A stretch of 39,154 nt of DNA from positions 1 to 39,154 of IMG/VR virus record IMGVR_UViG_3300032243_001044. One strand, written 5' to 3'. The position numbers were made by a program, and so were the translations under genes. Position 1 is the first letter of the stretch. The number at the start of each line of letters is the position of its first letter. The notes beneath the pieces were generated by a model. It had not been told where the DNA came from. It worked only from the letters and a program-made list of their open reading frames with translations, and searched no databases. Below, piece after piece: positions 27,897-35,222 of this stretch. Source of the stretch: a virus (taxonomy: Duplodnaviria > Caudoviricetes).

Positions 27897-28675
27897 TCGA
27901 AAGAAATTCTAACATTATAAAAGATCCTAAAATCAAACGTATTGTTGAATACGCTGAAGGGGATAAACAAGTTAATGTTTTAGATAGTAGATTTTACAGA
28001 CGAGAAGGTAATTATTATCCCTCAGTAACATCAGTTTTAAATTATTTCCCTAAAAATCAATTTTTCCATTCATGGTTAAAAGATGTAGGACATAATAGTG
28101 ATATTATTGCTAATAAAGCAGCAGGTGAAGGTACTCAAGTACACCAAGCAGTAGATACTTTTTTAAATGGAGAAGAAATTACTTGGATTGATGAGTACGG
28201 AAACGCTAAGTATAATTTAGATGTTTGGAGAATGATTCTTAAATTTGCTGATTTTTGGAACACGCATAAACCAGAATTAATTGCAACTGAATATCATTTA
28301 TTTTCAGATGAACACAAATATGCAGGAACTGCAGATTTAGTTGTTAGAATGTTTGATAACATTTGGTTATTAGATTTAAAAACATCTAATTCATTACATA
28401 CTAGCTATGATTTGCAGTTAGCTGCTTACGCTACAGCCTGGAACGAAACACATGATGAAAAAGTAACTCATACAGGTATTTTATGGGTTAAAGCAAATAC
28501 ACGTGGCGAGGGTAAAGGTGGTAAAATTCAAGGTAAAGGTTGGGAATTGAAATTTGTTAACGATATTGAAAAGAATTTCAAAATGTTTAAAAATATATAC
28601 GAAATATATACTTTAGAAAATCCTGACTTTAAACCAGTAACCGAAACGTTACCTACTAGTGTTAAGAAATCATAG
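27893..28675 (+). CDS. PD-(D/E)XK exonuclease
   Basis: YPSVTSVL, GTQVH, YAGTADLV, LLDLKTS, LQLAAYA. Confidence 0.88.
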   Translation: MIERNSNIIKDPKIKRIVEYAEGDKQVNVLDSRFYRREGNYYPSVTSVLNYFPKNQFFHSWLKDVGHNSDIIANKAAGEGTQVHQAVDTFLNGEEITWIDEYGNAKYNLDVWRMILKFADFWNTHKPELIATEYHLFSDEHKYAGTADLVVRMFDNIWLLDLKTSNSLHTSYDLQLAAYATAWNETHDEKVTHTGILWVKANTRGEGKGGKIQGKGWELKFVNDIEKNFKMFKNIYEIYTLENPDFKPVTETLPTSVKKS

Positions 28676-28696
28676 TAGAAGCAAATATTAATATTT

Positions 28697-28727
28697 ATAG
28701 GTGGCTTGGCTTGTCCAGGTCACCTAT
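28697..28727 (+). terminator. hairpin (terminator- or regulator-like) overlapping promoter motifs
   Basis: ATAGGTGGCTTGG-CTTGT-CCAGGTCACCTAT, 13-bp stem with 2 G-U pairs; weak U tail. Confidence 0.5.
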
Positions 28728-28739
28728 TTATATTCACGT

Positions 28740-29495
28740 ATGATTAAGTTACTAGATTTATTAAGAGAAGCACAAGGTAAACCTAAAGCCATATTCATGG
28801 CGGGCCCTGCTGGTTCTGGTAAAACATTCGTATCTGCGCAGTTAATACCGAAAAATTTGACTGTAATTAATGTTGATGACACCTATGAGGAACTATTGAA
28901 AGCAGCAGGTTTAGGCATGAAAATCGCAGATTTCAATCAAGATCAATTGTCTCAAGCAGGCAAATTAATGGGTCAAGCTCAAAAGGCAACTAAAGAAAAA
29001 TACGCGGAATTATCTGGAGCTAAAAAAGATATTATTATAGATGGTACTGGTGCTGCTAGTAAACCATTATTAAAGAAAAAAGCTGAATTAGAAGAATTAG
29101 GCTACGATACAATGATGGTCATGATTTGGGTTTCACCTTACACATCATTAGAGCGTAACGCTAGTCGTGATCGTGCCTTGGCACCATCAATTGTTTTAAA
29201 AACATGGGCTGGAGTAAATGCTAATATTGATACATACGCTCAAGCATTTGGTGATAAATTTGCTTTAATTAATAACGATCCTGAAGGTAAATTAGAATTT
29301 GATCCAGCTTACGCTAAAAAAACATTTTTCCAAACTGTAAAAGGTAGTGGTAAAGTTTATACACCAGATGAGAAAGCAAAGCGCGACCAAGAAATATTAG
29401 ATTTAAACACAGCAATACAAACATTAGTTAAAAGAACACCAGAATTTACATCTACGGAAGATGCTAAATCTAAAATAAATAGCTTTCTCAAATGA
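28740..29495 (+). CDS. zeta-toxin-like / AAA_33 P-loop kinase with MIKL leader
   Basis: MAGPAGSGKT, INVDD, IIIDGTG, LERNASRDR; start placed at MIKLLDLLRE (28740) rather than GTG 28701. Confidence 0.8.
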   Translation: MIKLLDLLREAQGKPKAIFMAGPAGSGKTFVSAQLIPKNLTVINVDDTYEELLKAAGLGMKIADFNQDQLSQAGKLMGQAQKATKEKYAELSGAKKDIIIDGTGAASKPLLKKKAELEELGYDTMMVMIWVSPYTSLERNASRDRALAPSIVLKTWAGVNANIDTYAQAFGDKFALINNDPEGKLEFDPAYAKKTFFQTVKGSGKVYTPDEKAKRDQEILDLNTAIQTLVKRTPEFTSTEDAKSKINSFLK

Positions 29496-30163
29496 TCAAG
29501 TTAATAGACATATTAAAAGAAATTGAAGATGCCAGTGGCGTTTGGTATCATGGTTCTACAGCTGATATTGACCAAAAAGATTTAGATCCTTTACATAGAG
29601 ATTCTGAAAAATATAAAGGAGATGCTGATAAGTTAAAATGGGCATCTACAGGATCTTCTAGAGGTGGAGTAGGCATATATTTTGGTAAAAGTAAAGAGGG
29701 TGTTGGTCCAACTTCTCCTATGAGCTATACCGGTTTTAATAGTACATCTGCTCCTTTTACTCAAGGTTTTATGTATGAAATGAAATTAAAATCTACAGCA
29801 AATATAAAAGACCACTCAGCATTACACAATGTAGGTAAAGATTTATATGAAAAATTTAGACAGGAAGGAATAGATGCATTAATTACCGGAAGTGAATTAA
29901 ACTTACTAAACCCAGATGCTATTGATTATTTTAAAAAAATAATGCAGTGGAAAAAAGTACCTGCTTTGTATCCTTTAGTTAGAGGGCAAAGAGGTGAAAT
30001 AGTTAAATTTGATGATGATCAAAAATTATTAGATTATTTAAAAAAAGAATTAGGAGATTATAAATTATATAAGACTGGAGATAAACAAATATATCTATCT
30101 ACTGATGAAAACCTAGGTAAAGGATTTGAATATGTCACAAGCAGAAAATGGTTTAATATATAA
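29492..30163 (+). CDS. ADP-ribosyltransferase-fold protein with MIKL leader
   Basis: WYHGST...GVGIYFG...GFMYEMKL...EGIDAL...ELNLLNP pattern of H-Y-E type/polyvalent ARTs. Confidence 0.6.
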   Translation: MIKLIDILKEIEDASGVWYHGSTADIDQKDLDPLHRDSEKYKGDADKLKWASTGSSRGGVGIYFGKSKEGVGPTSPMSYTGFNSTSAPFTQGFMYEMKLKSTANIKDHSALHNVGKDLYEKFRQEGIDALITGSELNLLNPDAIDYFKKIMQWKKVPALYPLVRGQRGEIVKFDDDQKLLDYLKKELGDYKLYKTGDKQIYLSTDENLGKGFEYVTSRKWFNI

Positions 30164-30173
30164 AATATAAATA

Positions 30174-32201
30174 ATGAATTTAGGACAATATATAGCACAA
30201 CAATTATTAGAAGCAGATGATAAACCAACAATTGCTTTATTTCCAGGTGCCTTCAAACCACCTCACAAAGGTCATTTTGCTGTAGTTCAACAATTATTAG
30301 ATAAAGCTGATGAAGTTATTATATTAGTATCACCTAAAACACGTGATGGTGTTGATGCTGATGAAAGTATTAAAATATGGAATTTATATAAAACTATATT
30401 AAATGGTTCTATTGAAGTAAAATTAACTGAAGAAAGTCCTATTAGAGAAGTTTATAACGTAATTAAAAATAATCCTGATACTAACTTTATTTTAGCTGCA
30501 GGTAAAGGTGAAGTAAGTCGTTTTAAAAGTGCTATTCAGTTTCCTAATGTAAAAATATTTGATGCAGGTGTACTTGAAGGTGATGAAGTAAATGCTACAG
30601 GCTTAAGATCAGCTATGAAAAGTGGTAGTGAAACTGAAATTGAAAAATACTTACCTAAAGGTATTAATGTGGCGGATTTTATTAATGTAATAGAAATTAA
30701 ACCTCCTGAACCATCATTACAAGAAATGAATCATCAACCTGATGGTACTTTTATAGCACTGGTTAATCAAAAAGAACACGATATTGAACGTACAGCTGAA
30801 GAATTAAATATTCCTTTAGAAGATTTAAAATATGCTTTTATAGCAGGTGGTGTAATTTTACTATCAGATGATATTTGGTCTAAACTAGAAAACACAGATT
30901 CATATACTACTAAAGGTAAATATACTGGAGAATTACCAACTTCACCAGCATTAGTATTAAATTATGATAAAACTCACTATTATTTAGCTTCAGGTAATGA
31001 TATATTAAGAAAATATAAACAAGCAGGTCAAGAACCTAAAGTAGTATTAGGTGTTATTGATGTACCAAATGAAAAAGCATTTTATTTAACTGAAGGTAGA
31101 TTAACAGAAAGCCAAACAGGTACTATTGGTGAATTTATTAAATTTGCTGCTAAAAATTTGGGATTGCAAAACCTCCCAGGTAGCTTAACATTATCTTACG
31201 ATAACAAACAAGCAAAAAATAAACGTACTTTTGGATTTTTTGACCCGCATGATAAGAAAATTTGGATTTACGTTAAAAATAGAAACATGGCTGATATTTT
31301 AAGAACATTAGCACATGAACTTGTACACCGTAAGCAAGAAGAAGATGGTAGACTTGACCCAACTAGTGGACAAACAGGTTCACCTATTGAAGATGAGGCA
31401 AATTCTATGGCTGGTGTATTGTTAAGAAATTTTGGTAAAATAAATAATAGTATTTACGAACATAAAAAAATAATAAAGTTAAAAAATATTTTAAAGGAAG
31501 CTCAACAACTTTCTATTGGAAACTCTATTATTTTTGGAGTTGAACACCATAGTGAATCAGATGCCCAAGCAGTCGTAGACTACGTTAAAAAACGCTACTC
31601 ACCAGAAGACAAAGTTGTATTTATGGGAGAAGGTGGTAATGATGATAACAAGTATGTAGCAGGTAGTGAGCAAGAAATGATTTATAATGATTTAAATTCT
31701 TACTTTAACAATCTAGTTAATGATTCATGGGATGGTTCCGATTTAAATGTAATGAATGACCAATCTCTTTTGTACAAAATACAAAAAGAAAAAACAGGTC
31801 TTTCTCTTAGTAAAATATTAGCAGCTAATTGGGCTAGTATGGTAGGTCAAAATATTATACAAGGACAATCAATAGCAGATTTTAATCCACAAGATTATTT
31901 AAGTCCTGAAGGTATTCAATTTTTAAAAGTATCTGCAAAAGAAGCTAACCTACCCTTATCAGATGATCTATATAAATCTACAGCTGAAGATTACGATACT
32001 TTATATAGACTATCTTTTCCAGCAGATAATGGAGATAAGTATACTAAAATAGCTAAGATAGCTGATGCTTTTAATGAAGCGAGAGATGAAAACTTACTTG
32101 CAAAATTACAAAAGTATGAAAGTAAAGGTTATAAAGTAATAGCTACTGCTGGAGAAGGACATATTGGTTTAATAAAAGCAATGCTTAAAAATAAAAAATA
32201 G
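30174..32201 (+). CDS. polyvalent protein: HxGH nucleotidyltransferase, degenerate ParB-like region, zincin peptidase, TraB/Tiki-like domain
   Basis: FPGAFKPPHKGH...NATGLR; PALVL...YYLASGN; RTLAHELVH...EDEAN; IFGVEH...FMGEG...RDENL...AGEGHI. Confidence 0.75.
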   Translation: MNLGQYIAQQLLEADDKPTIALFPGAFKPPHKGHFAVVQQLLDKADEVIILVSPKTRDGVDADESIKIWNLYKTILNGSIEVKLTEESPIREVYNVIKNNPDTNFILAAGKGEVSRFKSAIQFPNVKIFDAGVLEGDEVNATGLRSAMKSGSETEIEKYLPKGINVADFINVIEIKPPEPSLQEMNHQPDGTFIALVNQKEHDIERTAEELNIPLEDLKYAFIAGGVILLSDDIWSKLENTDSYTTKGKYTGELPTSPALVLNYDKTHYYLASGNDILRKYKQAGQEPKVVLGVIDVPNEKAFYLTEGRLTESQTGTIGEFIKFAAKNLGLQNLPGSLTLSYDNKQAKNKRTFGFFDPHDKKIWIYVKNRNMADILRTLAHELVHRKQEEDGRLDPTSGQTGSPIEDEANSMAGVLLRNFGKINNSIYEHKKIIKLKNILKEAQQLSIGNSIIFGVEHHSESDAQAVVDYVKKRYSPEDKVVFMGEGGNDDNKYVAGSEQEMIYNDLNSYFNNLVNDSWDGSDLNVMNDQSLLYKIQKEKTGLSLSKILAANWASMVGQNIIQGQSIADFNPQDYLSPEGIQFLKVSAKEANLPLSDDLYKSTAEDYDTLYRLSFPADNGDKYTKIAKIADAFNEARDENLLAKLQKYESKGYKVIATAGEGHIGLIKAMLKNKK

Positions 32202-32203
32202 TT

Positions 32204-32671
32204 ATGTACACAATATATTGCGACATGGATGGTGTCCTTGTCGATTTTGAAAGAGGTTATGCTGAATTAACAAATACTCTTCCATCTAAAACATTTAACG
32301 GCAAAGCCGACTTTTGGGAACCTATTAATAAAGCAGGTGCCGAATGGTGGGCTAATTTAGATTGGATGTCCGATGGACAAACATTGTGGTCTTATATTAA
32401 AAAATATAAACCATTTATTCTATCAGCACCCTCTTGGGACCCATCATCTAAAGTAGGTAAAGAGGCATGGTGTAAAATTCATTTAAAAAATGAATATAAA
32501 AAATTATACTTATATTCTAGAGCCAATAAACAATTATTTGCAGAACCGAATCGCATATTAATTGATGATATGCAACAAACTATTAATGAATGGAATGATA
32601 AAGGTGGTATAGGTATATTTCACAGTTCAGCTGCTAATACAATAACAGAACTTAAAAAATTAGGGTTATAA
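32204..32671 (+). CDS. HAD-family 5'(3')-deoxyribonucleotidase (NT5C-like)
   Basis: IYCDMDGVLVDF, ILSAP, ILIDD, W..KGGIGI.H. Confidence 0.88.
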   Translation: MYTIYCDMDGVLVDFERGYAELTNTLPSKTFNGKADFWEPINKAGAEWWANLDWMSDGQTLWSYIKKYKPFILSAPSWDPSSKVGKEAWCKIHLKNEYKKLYLYSRANKQLFAEPNRILIDDMQQTINEWNDKGGIGIFHSSAANTITELKKLGL

Positions 32672-33261
32672 TGGAAGATAAAGAATCAAGGTTACAAAAA
32701 GATTTTAAATCTCGTGACGTACAACGTATGCGAAATCTAATCACTAAAAATTATGGTGATAAAACCACTACACAAGCTGGTTATACTAAACAATCTATTG
32801 AACATAAAGAGGGTGATATTTGGAAAGAAAATGGTAAAACATGGACTATTAAAAACGGTCTTAAACAAACCATGACGCGTTTAGATAGTATTAAAAAATC
32901 TATATTATTACCTATTGTTTGTCCTAATTGTGGTAAATCAATGGCTAATGATTTTTTAAATAAAAAAATGTGGCCTATACATAAAATGTGTTTTGATTGT
33001 GTTGTAGGTATGGAAACTGAATTAAAACGTACAGGCAAATTTGAAGAATACCAACGCAACATGATTATGGGTGGTGTTAAAACATATATTAAGGAATTAG
33101 AAGATATGTTATTAGAAATACTAATGGACACCGGTAAAGAATCATTCGTAACAGAAGCCGGTGATGTTGAAGAATGGCGCGGTGGGATTATAGATAAAAC
33201 AAAAATAGTCAAAGATCTACAGGATTATATTAAACAATTAAAAGATATATCAGAGGCATAA
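32671..33261 (+). CDS. hypothetical Zn-finger protein
   Basis: EGDIW.ENGKTWTIKNG, CPNC...HKMCFDC. Confidence 0.75.
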   Translation: MEDKESRLQKDFKSRDVQRMRNLITKNYGDKTTTQAGYTKQSIEHKEGDIWKENGKTWTIKNGLKQTMTRLDSIKKSILLPIVCPNCGKSMANDFLNKKMWPIHKMCFDCVVGMETELKRTGKFEEYQRNMIMGGVKTYIKELEDMLLEILMDTGKESFVTEAGDVEEWRGGIIDKTKIVKDLQDYIKQLKDISEA

Positions 33262-33269
33262 TATTTATA
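33261..33269 (+). promoter_or_regulatory. putative late promoter (ATATTTATA)
   Basis: Recurrent motif upstream of ATG 33301. Confidence 0.55.
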
Positions 33270-33300
33270 GGTATAATTCACTATAAATTTTTTATAAATA

Positions 33301-33585
33301 ATGGATCAAACCAACATGTGGTCAGTATTAATCACAGCAATTACGGTTTTAGGTGGTACCTCAGCATTTAGATTTTATGAAAAACGTGCTATGCATAGAG
33401 AACGTGATGATGAGTTTATTCGTCATGACTGTAAAGATCGTATTACTAAATTAGAGGCATTACTTACCGAATCATCAAAAGAAAAAGACGAAATGCGAGC
33501 TCAGCTTTTTGAATTAGTAGCGGAAGTTGCTAGTTTAAGAACTGAAATAAAGTATCTAACAGAGCGTAATAAAGCTAGTATATGA
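33301..33585 (+). CDS. membrane-anchored coiled-coil protein (holin-like possible)
   Basis: N-terminal TM-like helix (WSVLITAITVLGGTSAF) then a coiled coil. Confidence 0.65.
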   Translation: MDQTNMWSVLITAITVLGGTSAFRFYEKRAMHRERDDEFIRHDCKDRITKLEALLTESSKEKDEMRAQLFELVAEVASLRTEIKYLTERNKASI

Positions 33586-33854
33586 TCAAATTAATTGACA
33601 TATTAAATGAAGGTGAAATAAAAGATATAGATTTACATCTTAATGATCATTTAAAACATATCATAAAACATGCTCATAAAGCTTTAAAATCAAATGATCG
33701 TAAAGATATTAGTGATAGTTTAGGTGAAATAATGAAACATGTTGATTTTGCTCATGACAAAAACCACTTTGACCATCACACCCCAGGTGTGTTTGGTGGT
33801 AATGATGGTGCTATAATGTCGGCTCATGGTAATGACTTTTCAAATAACTTATAA
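33582..33854 (+). CDS. His-rich small protein with MIKL leader
   Basis: MIKLIDILNE; 11 His in 90 aa. Confidence 0.7.
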   Translation: MIKLIDILNEGEIKDIDLHLNDHLKHIIKHAHKALKSNDRKDISDSLGEIMKHVDFAHDKNHFDHHTPGVFGGNDGAIMSAHGNDFSNNL

Positions 33855-34084
33855 TGATAAAACTAACAGAATTAGTAAAACCACAACCACTTGAATTTCC
33901 AGATGGATTTAAACCTGCTAAGGTTGTTCCTGAAGGTGGAGCAATGTGTGCTAATTGTGCTAAATGGAATAAAGAAACACAATTATGCGAAGGTAAATAT
34001 TATATTAAATGGAACGGAGATGGTAAAATACCAACTGAACCAACTAAATATGTTTGTATTTGGTGGGTACCAAAAAATAAATAA
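33854..34084 (+). CDS. small 4-Cys protein (HiPIP-like spacing) with MIKL leader
   Basis: CANCAKW...C...VCIWW. Confidence 0.65.
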   Translation: MIKLTELVKPQPLEFPDGFKPAKVVPEGGAMCANCAKWNKETQLCEGKYYIKWNGDGKIPTEPTKYVCIWWVPKNK

Positions 34085-34087
34085 ACT

Positions 34088-34483
34088 ATGATTAAACTAA
34101 CAGAATTAATTACAGAAGAAATCGACGAATACGACGTTGAAAATGAACAAGATCTAAGAGAATTTGTTACATTTATAAAGGAATATAAACAAGTATTATC
34201 TGAAGGATGTGAATGCTTAACTGAAGCTGAATATCACGGCCGTAAAGTACAATTAGGTAAAATAATGCAGGGTGACATAAAGAAATTTAAGGTATATGTT
34301 AAAAACAATAAGGGTAAAGTTGTAAAAGTCAACTTTGGCTTTGGTGGTAAATCAGCTCATGGTAAGAGAATGGTGATTAAAGCTAAAAACCCTAAAAGAC
34401 GAGCAGCATACCGCGCAAGACATAATTGTGATAATCCAGGACCACGTTGGAAAGCTAACTATTGGTCTTGTAGAAAATGGTAA
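34088..34483 (+). CDS. basic viral hypothetical protein with MIKL leader
   Basis: KKFKVYV...VKVNFG...RRAAYRARHNC...ANYWSCRKW motif, recalled from large phages and giant viruses. Confidence 0.75.
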   Translation: MIKLTELITEEIDEYDVENEQDLREFVTFIKEYKQVLSEGCECLTEAEYHGRKVQLGKIMQGDIKKFKVYVKNNKGKVVKVNFGFGGKSAHGKRMVIKAKNPKRRAAYRARHNCDNPGPRWKANYWSCRKW

Positions 34484-34484
34484 T

Positions 34485-35222
34485 ATGATAAAATTAACTG
34501 AAATAGCATTTGATGTTTTAATGGAGAAAAAGCTATGCCCTAAAGGTAAAGCTTACTATAATCGCCGTAGAGCTGCTGGTGAAAAACCTTCAGCTTATCT
34601 TTCAGGTCGTGCTGTTAAAGTGTGTAAAGGACTAATGGAAGAAGGTGAATATGATGATACATCTAAATTTGATTTAGTCAAACAAAACCCATTTGATATT
34701 AAAAAATTAGTTAATAAAGGTATTATATTCATAACTAAACCAGGAAACGGACAAGGTGGAGTAGAGGAACCAAATTGGGAAGGTGATGCTAGTGTTATTA
34801 CATTATATAATATGGCTAATGCTGAACCTTGGATGGAAGAAGCAGTAAAAACACCATTACCTCAAGCTATACCTCATATACAAAATGATCAAGATAACTT
34901 GTTATATGATGGAAAATACAATCAAATACTTTGGGGTATTAAAAAAAAAGGATTAAAACCTGAAGATTTTTACTTAAATGTAAATGAATCACTTCGTGAT
35001 TGGTTTAAAAAAGAAGATTGGGTTCGTATTGATACAGCAGGTAATATAACTGGTCCTTGTGGTACAATGAAAAAAGGACATAAAACAACTCGTTGTTTAC
35101 CTCGCGCTAAAGCAAATAGTTTAACTAAAGCTGAACGCGCTGCTACATCAAAGAAAAAAGTAGCATCTGATAAACAATTTGTATCTAACACTAAAAAAGC
35201 AAAAGTGCACCTTAATAAATAA
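34485..35222 (+). CDS. multi-module basic hypothetical protein with MIKL leader
   Basis: Start at MIKLTEI (34485) after the previous stop; modules LCPKGKAY...KVCKG and ESLRDWF.KEDWV...PCG...RCLP. Confidence 0.75.
   Translation: MIKLTEIAFDVLMEKKLCPKGKAYYNRRRAAGEKPSAYLSGRAVKVCKGLMEEGEYDDTSKFDLVKQNPFDIKKLVNKGIIFITKPGNGQGGVEEPNWEGDASVITLYNMANAEPWMEEAVKTPLPQAIPHIQNDQDNLLYDGKYNQILWGIKKKGLKPEDFYLNVNESLRDWFKKEDWVRIDTAGNITGPCGTMKKGHKTTRCLPRAKANSLTKAERAATSKKKVASDKQFVSNTKKAKVHLNK

Noticed and set aside
27893-28675. Cas4 of a CRISPR system
   Set aside because: Lacks the Fe-S cysteines; coupled to primase; no array
28740-29495. Epsilon-zeta toxin-antitoxin pair
   Set aside because: No small upstream antitoxin ORF; only the kinase fold is supported
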